Shown here: piece by piece, positions 56,319-64,000 of the stretch | Layout of the letters: the number at the start of each line of letters is the position of its first letter | Position numbering within the stretch: the stretch's first letter is position 1 | Source of the DNA: an uncultured archaeon | GTDB lineage: Archaea > Asgardarchaeota > Thorarchaeia > Thorarchaeales > Thorarchaeaceae | Direction of reading: 5' to 3' | NCBI GenBank assembly: GCA_964558645.1 | Contig: CAZLEV010000001.1 | Location: forward strand, 29,568-93,567 | Length of the DNA: 64,000 bases | The notes under the pieces: generated by a model | Databases searched by the model: none | Told to the model about the DNA's origin: nothing | The model's input: only the letters and a program-made list of their open reading frames with translations | Position numbers and translations under genes: made by a program

Positions 56319-57704
56319 CTAGCCACCTTTTCTCTGAGCCGTGTTGTAGGCTGACTTGAGCTCTCTCTCCATCGAGCTCGGAATAGCACTCTTCCCTTTG
56401 ATCTCGCCCTCTTGTCTTCGTATAAAGACATAGAGCAATGTGATGTATACGATGTCAAAGGTACGCAGGACCAGAGTACTGGGTATCGCTGCGAATACTA
56501 CGAATATGATGGCAAAGAGTAGAGTCATCAACAGGTCACCTGAATACAGCCAACCTATAGCTGCTCCTCCGGCAGCGAATGCGATGAAGAAGATTGCTGC
56601 AAGAACGCCGAAGCCCCAGCGTACGGCCGTTTCCTTGATGATGACGTCAACGAAGTTACGTCGCACGAGGCTGGCACTCCGCTTGATTCCATCCTTCGCT
56701 CCAGTCTGTTCGGCCACCATAGCTGGAATCGTGAAGAAGTTGATGAGGGCCCATATCCAACCTATCACTCCGCCTGCAGCCCTTCCAACGGCAGCACCGC
56801 CTGCTCCGCCAAGCTCTCTACCGAGCCGCTGAAGTATGAATCTCACTATCACGACTATGACGCTCGCGACGCTAAGGGCTGCGATACCGCCGATAACTCC
56901 AAGTGTGCTCTTCACACCGTCACCTATGGTCGGGTCTCTTCCTCTCATGTAGATATAGACCATAGCCGACGACGTCCCATAAGCGAAGTTGTAGAAGAAT
57001 ATAGTCGTGAACAGATAGAGCACAACACCTACACCCACCGGCGTTGCCGTTTCAAGAGTCCACTCCGAAGTACCCATGAGAACATCCATTGGTGTGAACT
57101 GGAAGATGATTGCGCCGAACATCAGGGCCGAGATGAAGGTGAAGAACATTGTTACAAGCGGTGGTACAAACACACCCTTCTCATCGAGACAGACTCGTCC
57201 CGTCAGTTTGATGATCTCGCCAGCTCGCCTCACGCGGTCCTTGTAGACTGTGAACAGAAGGATGGTTATGAACAACGTGAACAGTCCCGGTATCATCACT
57301 GGCCATGCCGCGGTGAGCGCTGCGAAGTTGAAGCCCGATGCCACGAACAGGGCAATCGGGGCAAGCCAGGTGATCACGTTCATGAACACGGCTCCCAGAT
57401 AGATTAGAGTTCCCCCAAGCCGGTTTGCCAATGCCGACGCTCCCACTGCCAATAAGAGACTCAGGATTATGAGGGCCGCGAAGACGCCGCCAATAGTGTA
57501 TACATTTGCGGTCAGGAAATCCGGTAGTCCAGATGTCTGTATTGCATCGAGAATATCCTGACCGTACTGATTCCACAGCTGTAGCAGCGAATAGGTGCCG
57601 TAGGCGATGAAACCGCCGATGACTACAATGATTGCTACAATCGCACCTGTGTGGCTAGGATACTTCTCTTTGTCGTGATAAGATACAATGTCTGCTTTAG
57701 CCAA
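56319..57704 (-). CDS. Polytopic membrane protein (DUF6159/choline-transporter-like fold)
   Basis: About 9-10 TMs; IPAMVAE..GAKDGIKRS..L.RR motif. Confidence 0.65.
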   Translation of the reverse strand: MAKADIVSYHDKEKYPSHTGAIVAIIVVIGGFIAYGTYSLLQLWNQYGQDILDAIQTSGLPDFLTANVYTIGGVFAALIILSLLLAVGASALANRLGGTLIYLGAVFMNVITWLAPIALFVASGFNFAALTAAWPVMIPGLFTLFITILLFTVYKDRVRRAGEIIKLTGRVCLDEKGVFVPPLVTMFFTFISALMFGAIIFQFTPMDVLMGTSEWTLETATPVGVGVVLYLFTTIFFYNFAYGTSSAMVYIYMRGRDPTIGDGVKSTLGVIGGIAALSVASVIVVIVRFILQRLGRELGGAGGAAVGRAAGGVIGWIWALINFFTIPAMVAEQTGAKDGIKRSASLVRRNFVDVIIKETAVRWGFGVLAAIFFIAFAAGGAAIGWLYSGDLLMTLLFAIIFVVFAAIPSTLVLRTFDIVYITLLYVFIRRQEGEIKGKSAIPSSMERELKSAYNTAQRKGG

Positions 57705-57784
57705 CTCTCTCTCCTCTTTTGGGTTGAAGACTAAGCTTCACTGAAGAAGAAAGAAGTTAAACTTTCGCACAGACGTTGAATGGA

Positions 57785-57815
57785 GGATAGAGGAGCTTTC
57801 GGCATTCCTCTATCC
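57785..57815 (-). terminator. Hairpin downstream of the 57825-59026 operon
   Basis: GGATAGAGGA-N11-TCCTCTATCC, a perfect 10-bp inverted repeat. Confidence 0.5.
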
Positions 57816-57824
57816 AGCTCGCAG

Positions 57825-58067
57825 TCAGTCGAACTCGCGTGCTAGTTCCATCATCTTTCTGACGGATAACACCTCGAGGGCAGGTGAGGCATAGGTGTCT
57901 GCTAGCCTTTCAGCTGCATCTTCAGGGACTCCTGATTGAGTCAGCAGTTTCTCGAAGGCCTTTCTGCTCTTCTTGACTTGACCCCTGGCGCGCCTGATGG
58001 CCCAGTATGACCTGACAAATAGTTTTGTCCCACCGGATACTGCGTCCCAGATCAAACGTGCCACCAT
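57825..58067 (-). CDS. Small helical hypothetical protein
   Basis: 2 bp from the upstream gene; F...L...GVP...A..L...Y. Confidence 0.7.
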   Translation of the reverse strand: MVARLIWDAVSGGTKLFVRSYWAIRRARGQVKKSRKAFEKLLTQSGVPEDAAERLADTYASPALEVLSVRKMMELAREFD

Positions 58068-58069
58068 GT

Positions 58070-58408
58070 CTAGTCCTCTTCATCATCGTCTATTTCGATG
58101 TGGATGTTGCGGCCACCTTTGGCTTCATCCGAGGCAATACTCATGATCTTCTTGAAATCCAGTGCACTGACGTAGTTCTCCGTCATCTTCAAAGCTACTT
58201 CTTTCGGTATGCCCTCCTCTATGAGCTTGGAGTAGAACCGCCCGATTGCAGTTGCTACGTTGCCAGCGGACTCTGGGCTGTATAGGCTGCCGATCAGTCC
58301 AGAAATAAGCTTTGGAATTTCTTCGCTCAGCGCGCCGAATATCTCGCGAATCTCTTCTGCGTCTTCGACATGTGAGCTACGTTTCTTGGGTGTTTCTTCA
58401 TTACTCAA
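58070..58408 (-). CDS. Small helical hypothetical protein
   Basis: Likely TTG start at 58408 after GGTGA; FY..L...GIP...A..M...Y. Confidence 0.72.
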   Translation of the reverse strand: MSNEETPKKRSSHVEDAEEIREIFGALSEEIPKLISGLIGSLYSPESAGNVATAIGRFYSKLIEEGIPKEVALKMTENYVSALDFKKIMSIASDEAKGGRNIHIEIDDDEED

Positions 58409-58540
58409 ATCATTCACCACGGAGAAGTATGCATGGTCACTGAATATAGAGATGGTGGGCAGAAGTGACCAAAACTCCGATGTTTGTGTGTCCACTCTAC
58501 TTCGGAGTCAGCAGTATACTCGATTGGCGTTGTCTGTCTA

Positions 58541-59026
58541 TCAGCTCTTCGATAGGCTGAAGTATCGAGCTCGGTCGTCTTCATCATCGACCACGACGAG
58601 TATCCCCCGTTCTACTAGCTCATTCACACGTTCCCTGACAATCCTTCTTGAGGCCGTGCCTCTTTCGCTTCGAACAGCTGAAGTCAGTTGACTGATGTTC
58701 AGAGGACGACTTGTGTCTAGGGTCTTGATTATCGCCCAGCTGATATCGTCCTTCTTCAGATTGCCAAATCGCGACTCGAGTCTCTCCGCCTTTGTGAATT
58801 TGGACATGAGTTTGACCATTCCATCGTAGAACTCGAATCCTTCCCGGATTACCTTGGCTGATTCGCTGACCTCTTCGATGCCAGGTCCGATTCGCTCAAT
58901 CAGCCTCTCGACTCGAGCAAGTCGTGAGGAGATCTCATCTAGGCGATCCTGTACCTCCTCAAGAGACATCTCCGGATTCTCATCTGTTTTCCGCCCTGAT
59001 GCATCTTCGGGAGCATTGTTGTTCAA
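58541..59026 (-). CDS. Coiled-coil plus winged-helix transcriptional regulator
   Basis: N-terminal heptads; NISQLT..V...RG.ASRR.VRER...L...G. Confidence 0.75.
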   Translation of the reverse strand: MNNNAPEDASGRKTDENPEMSLEEVQDRLDEISSRLARVERLIERIGPGIEEVSESAKVIREGFEFYDGMVKLMSKFTKAERLESRFGNLKKDDISWAIIKTLDTSRPLNISQLTSAVRSERGTASRRIVRERVNELVERGILVVVDDEDDRARYFSLSKS

Positions 59027-59249
59027 TTCTGTGACCTCTTGAGGGAAGTCAGATTTACATCAGGGTTTAGTCGAGAATATGCTAAAAGAGATTCCGTATT
59101 GAGTAGGCATAGTGTGAAAGCAAGAACGAAGGACCTGAATGTCCTCTTTGAGATTGTTCAATAGACTAATGAGCAATCGGAGTATATTATAGGTCCAGCT
59201 GGTGACCGCGCCGTCACAATAAAGAGTTGTTACGAAGGAGACACTTCGA

Positions 59250-62200
59250 TTGAAGAGAGCCATGCCTTTCATATTATTCTTGATTCTGCTGGGATCATTT
59301 CCGATGCTATTTGATGTGAGTAGTACCGCCCCCCCTGACCAAACCAATTCATCTCTCAGAGAGAGTATGTTGGATTTCCATCGCATTGCAGATGAGTTCG
59401 GCGGAGTCCTTCGCGTCATCGCACAGTTCACAACTCCGCTGACCCCGACAATACGCTATGAGCTCGAAATGGCTGGAGTGACTTTCGGTTTAGGGGGTCC
59501 TGAATCTAGCCGTGTCCGGGATTACTATCTGCTAGAGGGACCTGTGGAGAGTTTCGAGAGCATAATGAATCTCGGAGTGATAACGGCTGTCAAGCCCCAG
59601 ACTCCGAGTAGATACCTTCATCCAACTCGTGACCTTTCTATCCCGGAGATCAATGCTGATGAGGCATGGAACATCATCGATAAGCTCGGTAGGAATGCTA
59701 CTGGCGAAGGCATTTTGGTGGCTGATTTGGACTCCGGAGTTGACTGGACTCATCCAGACCTCTGGTTCCCCGGAGAGGTCGAATATGACTGGATTGATGA
59801 CAACTCCAATAATGAGCCAACCAACGGGACTGACTACATAGACCTCAACCACAATGGAATTCCTGATGCTGATGAGGTTCTCTACTATCTGGATCTGGAT
59901 GGTGACGGCACCTTCAATGCCACAACAGATTGGATATGGGTTGACAATGTGACAGCTGATGGAGTCCCCCAGATTGGAGAACCGTTCTTCGTGGTCAGTG
60001 ACACCAACAACAATGATCAGCTTGAGGTGGGTGAAAAACTGCTGATGCTTACAACTCCCAAGACAAAGCACATCGTGGAACAGGATGGTTCTCATAATAC
60101 TCAGGTCTGGGAGAGGGGAGTGAATCTTACCCAGAGCACTCATGAGGATGCAGATGGCCATGGCACTGCTGTTGCAGGCATTCTTCTGGGCGGACAGCTG
60201 GGTTTCAGAAAATATGTAGGTGTAGCACCCGGAGCTGAATTGATGATGATCAAAGTCCTAGGCTCTCAGGCCACATCACTGACAGTCGAAGAGGGACTGA
60301 CGTATGCCTATAATCACGGTGCTGATCTCATCCTCACCGAGATTGGTTCTTGGACCTATGAGTACCTGGATGGGAGTTCGGCCTCTGAGACTCTCATTGA
60401 CACGATCGTTGCTGCCGGAATCCCGGTCATCTCTCCCAGTGGGAATCTGGGCGGAAAGGAAAAGCACAGTCTGTTCAACACATCTGCCAATGTTGCTAGG
60501 CAAGTGGATTTCTCAATCCCTTCGCCAAGCGATGATCCGTATCTGAATCAGGAGATCGAGAATGTCTACATGACCGTACTCTCAGTGAACTCTACTGACT
60601 TTCAGAATTGCAACTTCAGCTTGATCTTCAATCTACAGTCCATGGGCGGTCCTCTCCAGTTCACCGTCTACCTCCACCCGGGTGTTGGTTATTGGAGCTG
60701 GAACACAGACAATGTTGCAGGATATTCTTTCTATGTGGATTCTTTTGTATCGGTTTCAAATAGATCCACCCCGATGCTTGCGATATGGATAAAGGGGGGA
60801 CAATTGCCGACAACAGGACCGGGCAATGCGCCTCCTTGGCATCAGCTCAATGTGACGACTCCCAGTGATACCACCTTTCATGGCTTCGTATCTGATGACA
60901 AGACATCTTGGACAGGCGGGGCCGTCTGGAAGAGCGACATTTCCGACGATTATCACATCACGTGGCCTTCTACGGCGGACTCGGCGCTCAGTGTGGCAAG
61001 CTACAGGACGAGAAACCTCGTAGGCGGCGGCGTTGTTGGCGATATTGCTAGTTTCTCATCGAGAGGACCAAGAATCGACGAGATCTCGAAACAGGGTATT
61101 GCTGCTCCTGGAGGATACGATATCATCTCGGACTACACCAATGCTTCCAGCTGGGCCACGTGGTACAACGCATATGGGCAACTACCTTTCGATCGCCAGT
61201 TTGGCAGCTACAGGCTATTCAGTGGCACCTCGGCATCTGGGCCTCATGTAGCTGGGTGTGCGGCATTAATACTCCAGCTGGCCCCTTCACTTGGGACAGA
61301 GGTCAGTAGCATTATCAAGTCAACAGGTCGGAACGATAGCTACACCGGGGACATTCCAAACAATATCTGGGGCCACGGCAAGCTTGACGTCTTTGCCGCT
61401 GTGGCATCCATTGACACCACATCTCCGACAGTGTTGTCTGTGGGCCGTTCACCCACTGATGTTGACTATGGAGAGACGGTGCAGATCGAAGCGAATGTGA
61501 CTGACAATGCTGCTGTCGCCTCAGTGTACTGCAAGTATGAAGTAGGTGGATGGTCTGACCCGACATTTGTTCTGATGGAACAGCAACTGAGCGGCAATTA
61601 CACCACTCTCATCGGTCCCTTTGATTACGGTGATAGTGTTAGTTTCTCAGTGTATGCCAATGACACTGCTGGCAATGATGTTGAGACCGCGGTTGACACT
61701 TTCAATGTGGGGGACTCCATTCCTCCCCAACTCGAGGACCACTGGAGAAACGCCACAACCCCTGCAGAAGACCATGATGTTCTCATCACTATTGATGTGA
61801 TTGAACCCACAGGCTCATCAGGTGTAGACACAGTCATTCTGAACTGGACATCGGATGGTTGGGCGTCGTTCACGGAGACTCTAATGGCACTAGATGGCAG
61901 TGTATATTCAGGTTTAGTACCAGGCCAGCCACTCGGCACAACTGTCGAGTATCGCATCTTCGCCAATGACACCGCAGGAAACACGAATACCTCCCATAGT
62001 TTTGAATACACAACAGTTGAGGCTGAACAGAATCCGCCGATTATCGGTACACCTTCGATCGATCCCAACAATCCCTTTGCTTATCAGCAGGTCAACATGA
62101 CTGTGACGGTTACTGATGATACAGCTGTGAATATGGTCGTCCTCTCTTATTACAATGGAACAGCTTGGATCAACCTTACTATGAGCGGATCGAATAATGA

Positions 62201-62489
62201 CTACTCTGCTACCATACCGGGCCTTCCCGGAGGTACTGAGGTCACATACCGTATCTACGCTCAGGACACAATCGGCAACTGGGCGGTCTCTCCCGATTAT
62301 TCCTATACTGTGCAGTCAGAAACCACAACTACGACCACAACTACGACTACAACCACAACCACTTCAACAACGACCAGCACAACGACGACAACCCCTGAGG
62401 AACCTGAGTACCTCATCTTGGCGCTGATGCTGGCATCAATATTGGGACTCATAATACTGGCAGCTCTCTACAATAGAAGACAGAACTAG
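59250..62489 (+). CDS. Membrane-anchored subtilisin-like S8 serine protease with Ig-like repeats and a Thr-rich linker
   Basis: Catalytic triad DLDSG / HGTAVAG / FSGTSASGPH; three DT.P....A.D..GN Ig-like modules; poly-Thr; C-terminal TM plus RR. Confidence 0.92.
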   Translation: MKRAMPFILFLILLGSFPMLFDVSSTAPPDQTNSSLRESMLDFHRIADEFGGVLRVIAQFTTPLTPTIRYELEMAGVTFGLGGPESSRVRDYYLLEGPVESFESIMNLGVITAVKPQTPSRYLHPTRDLSIPEINADEAWNIIDKLGRNATGEGILVADLDSGVDWTHPDLWFPGEVEYDWIDDNSNNEPTNGTDYIDLNHNGIPDADEVLYYLDLDGDGTFNATTDWIWVDNVTADGVPQIGEPFFVVSDTNNNDQLEVGEKLLMLTTPKTKHIVEQDGSHNTQVWERGVNLTQSTHEDADGHGTAVAGILLGGQLGFRKYVGVAPGAELMMIKVLGSQATSLTVEEGLTYAYNHGADLILTEIGSWTYEYLDGSSASETLIDTIVAAGIPVISPSGNLGGKEKHSLFNTSANVARQVDFSIPSPSDDPYLNQEIENVYMTVLSVNSTDFQNCNFSLIFNLQSMGGPLQFTVYLHPGVGYWSWNTDNVAGYSFYVDSFVSVSNRSTPMLAIWIKGGQLPTTGPGNAPPWHQLNVTTPSDTTFHGFVSDDKTSWTGGAVWKSDISDDYHITWPSTADSALSVASYRTRNLVGGGVVGDIASFSSRGPRIDEISKQGIAAPGGYDIISDYTNASSWATWYNAYGQLPFDRQFGSYRLFSGTSASGPHVAGCAALILQLAPSLGTEVSSIIKSTGRNDSYTGDIPNNIWGHGKLDVFAAVASIDTTSPTVLSVGRSPTDVDYGETVQIEANVTDNAAVASVYCKYEVGGWSDPTFVLMEQQLSGNYTTLIGPFDYGDSVSFSVYANDTAGNDVETAVDTFNVGDSIPPQLEDHWRNATTPAEDHDVLITIDVIEPTGSSGVDTVILNWTSDGWASFTETLMALDGSVYSGLVPGQPLGTTVEYRIFANDTAGNTNTSHSFEYTTVEAEQNPPIIGTPSIDPNNPFAYQQVNMTVTVTDDTAVNMVVLSYYNGTAWINLTMSGSNNDYSATIPGLPGGTEVTYRIYAQDTIGNWAVSPDYSYTVQSETTTTTTTTTTTTTTSTTTSTTTTTPEEPEYLILALMLASILGLIILAALYNRRQN
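62322..62393 (+). repeat. Poly-threonine linker (ACN codon run)
   Basis: About 24 consecutive Thr/Ser codons before the TM anchor. Confidence 0.85.
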
Positions 62490-62600
62490 GTTGCATCAAA
62501 TGACCTGATTGCCCTCTTACGCAGATACTGCTTAGATGCTCTTATATGAGCAAGACTTATTCCCATCATGAACTGGATAGAAACGTGAGTGTCCTAGAAA

Positions 62601-62966
62601 ATGAAGCAACTCGGCACATTCGACCTTAAACTGGAAGGAGGAACCCTCAGTAGAGTCCTTGGTTCTGGCAAGAAGATTCCTGTTGAGGTTTACGTGGATG
62701 GTGAGAATACCATCCTCTTCCTAGATTGTTCCTGCTGTGAGGAGTTGCTCGCAAGCAAGCTGCCTGGCGGAGTCTTGATCCCAATTGCATCCACACTCAA
62801 GGCTTTCTTCGAGGACAGAGGTATGCGGAATCTTGACGTAACCGTTGATGGGTCCATGATGCAGCGGACCTACCGTGGAGTCATCGCCAAAGAACTCATG
62901 GATGACATGCAGGATCTGCTTGAGGATGCCGTTGCAGAGTTCTTAAGAAAGCGAAGAGCAACATAG
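62601..62966 (+). CDS. Hypothetical protein with CSCC motif
   Basis: 121-aa ORF convergent with serC. Confidence 0.65.
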   Translation: MKQLGTFDLKLEGGTLSRVLGSGKKIPVEVYVDGENTILFLDCSCCEELLASKLPGGVLIPIASTLKAFFEDRGMRNLDVTVDGSMMQRTYRGVIAKELMDDMQDLLEDAVAEFLRKRRAT

Positions 62967-63007
62967 ACGATGGTTTCGATGCGTCTTACGACATGAAGAA
63001 AAGAAGA

Positions 63008-63023
63008 AGGGGCCGAAGCCCCT
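63008..63023 (-). terminator. Intrinsic terminator-like hairpin after serC
   Basis: The minus strand reads AGGGGC-TTCG-GCCCCT followed by TCTTCTTTTCTTC. Confidence 0.65.
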
Positions 63024-63032
63024 CAGTGTCTA

Positions 63033-64000
63033 TCACTGATTCTTGTCTTGGAACTCCTTCATGAACTCGGTGAGCTCCTTAGTTCCCTCCACGTCCGCAG
63101 CATTGTAGATTGAGATCCTCATTCCCCCGACCGAACGATGTCCCTTGAGCCCAATGAAGCCCCTCAGTGTGGCTTCTTCTACACATTTCTTCTCCAGTTC
63201 CTCTGTCGGAAGGTTGAACGTGACATTCATCAAAGAGCGCGAGTCTTTCCGCGCATGACCCGTGTAGAATCCGTCCGAGCCATCTATTACGTCATAGATG
63301 TACTTCGCTCTCTCTTCGGCTCTTCTCTCTAGTTCTGGAACTCCACCCAGCTCCTTGTAGTGATCCATGACCAGCTTGGCTATGTAGATCGCGAAAACTG
63401 GGGGCGTGTGGTAGAGCGAATTCTTGGCTGCCTCTGTTTTCCATTTGAGAAGAGTCGGAACGTTCTCTGGCACACGATCCAAAAGGTCCTCTCGAATGAT
63501 GATCAGTGTGGCACCGGCGGGTCCGATGTTCTTCTGGATACCCGCATAGATGACCCCAAAATCCTTCACGTCAATCTCTCGAGACAGAATGTCCGAAGAC
63601 ATATCACAGGTCAGGGGAACATCTTTCGGAACCTCGGGCCAATAGTGCCACTGAGTTCCATTCACTGTGTTGTTGCTAGTGATATGTGCAAACGCAGCTT
63701 CTGAGCTGAACTTGACGTCTCGCGGGACATATTTGTAATCGTCCTGAGCAGATGAGGCAACAACCTTGACATCTCCGTAAAGCTCTGCCTCCTCTATTGC
63801 CTTCTCAGACCATCGACCTGTGTCTGCATACTCCATCGGTCTGCCTGGCAAATGAAGATTCTGAGGTATCATGAAGAACTGGGTTGAAGCTCCTCCCTGT
63901 AGCCATAGAATCTCATAATCATCGGGGACTCCCATCAGATCTCGGACAAGCGCTATGGCCTCATTGTGGAGTTTATCGTATTCTTTGGACCTGTGAGAAA
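63033..64000 (-). CDS. serC: Phosphoserine aminotransferase (5' end outside window)
   Basis: The frame stays open to the window edge (SHRSKEY...). LQGGASTQF, SNNT, DMSSD, YAGIQKNIGPAG and GHRSVGGMRISIYNA motifs. Confidence 0.95.
   Translation of the reverse strand, partial: SHRSKEYDKLHNEAIALVRDLMGVPDDYEILWLQGGASTQFFMIPQNLHLPGRPMEYADTGRWSEKAIEEAELYGDVKVVASSAQDDYKYVPRDVKFSSEAAFAHITSNNTVNGTQWHYWPEVPKDVPLTCDMSSDILSREIDVKDFGVIYAGIQKNIGPAGATLIIIREDLLDRVPENVPTLLKWKTEAAKNSLYHTPPVFAIYIAKLVMDHYKELGGVPELERRAEERAKYIYDVIDGSDGFYTGHARKDSRSLMNVTFNLPTEELEKKCVEEATLRGFIGLKGHRSVGGMRISIYNAADVEGTKELTEFMKEFQDKNQ

Overview
A gene-dense 64 kb archaeal chromosomal segment. The gene content points to an Asgard archaeon, most like Thorarchaeia (inference): giant Ig-repeat surface proteins, a Ras/Arf-like GTPase, HdrABC-MvhD, Cdc6/RadA/RFC paralogs and a RIO kinase. 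I found no rRNA, tRNA, CRISPR array or mobile element. The top candidate novel system is at 47236-53257. There a PqqD/RRE-fused radical SAM/SPASM maturase is transcribed divergently from a 724-aa single-pass membrane protein ending in a 49-aa Cys/His tail (11 Cys, 9 His, seven CHSA units with CxxxC spacing, synonymously diverged codons). A metallophosphoesterase and a small GTPase follow directly. This looks like a RiPP-type (ranthipeptide-like) system whose substrate is a membrane-protein tail instead of a free peptide. Other notable blocks: an XPB helicase plus a possible TFIIH p52/Tfb2-like partner; an HdrA-MvhD/polyferredoxin/AOR/HdrBC cluster with no hydrogenase; catalytically degenerate Cdc6 and RadA paralogs; a triplet of paralogous membrane proteins; and a >2736-aa surface protein with a recently duplicated module. 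All family assignments come from motif recognition, not database searches.
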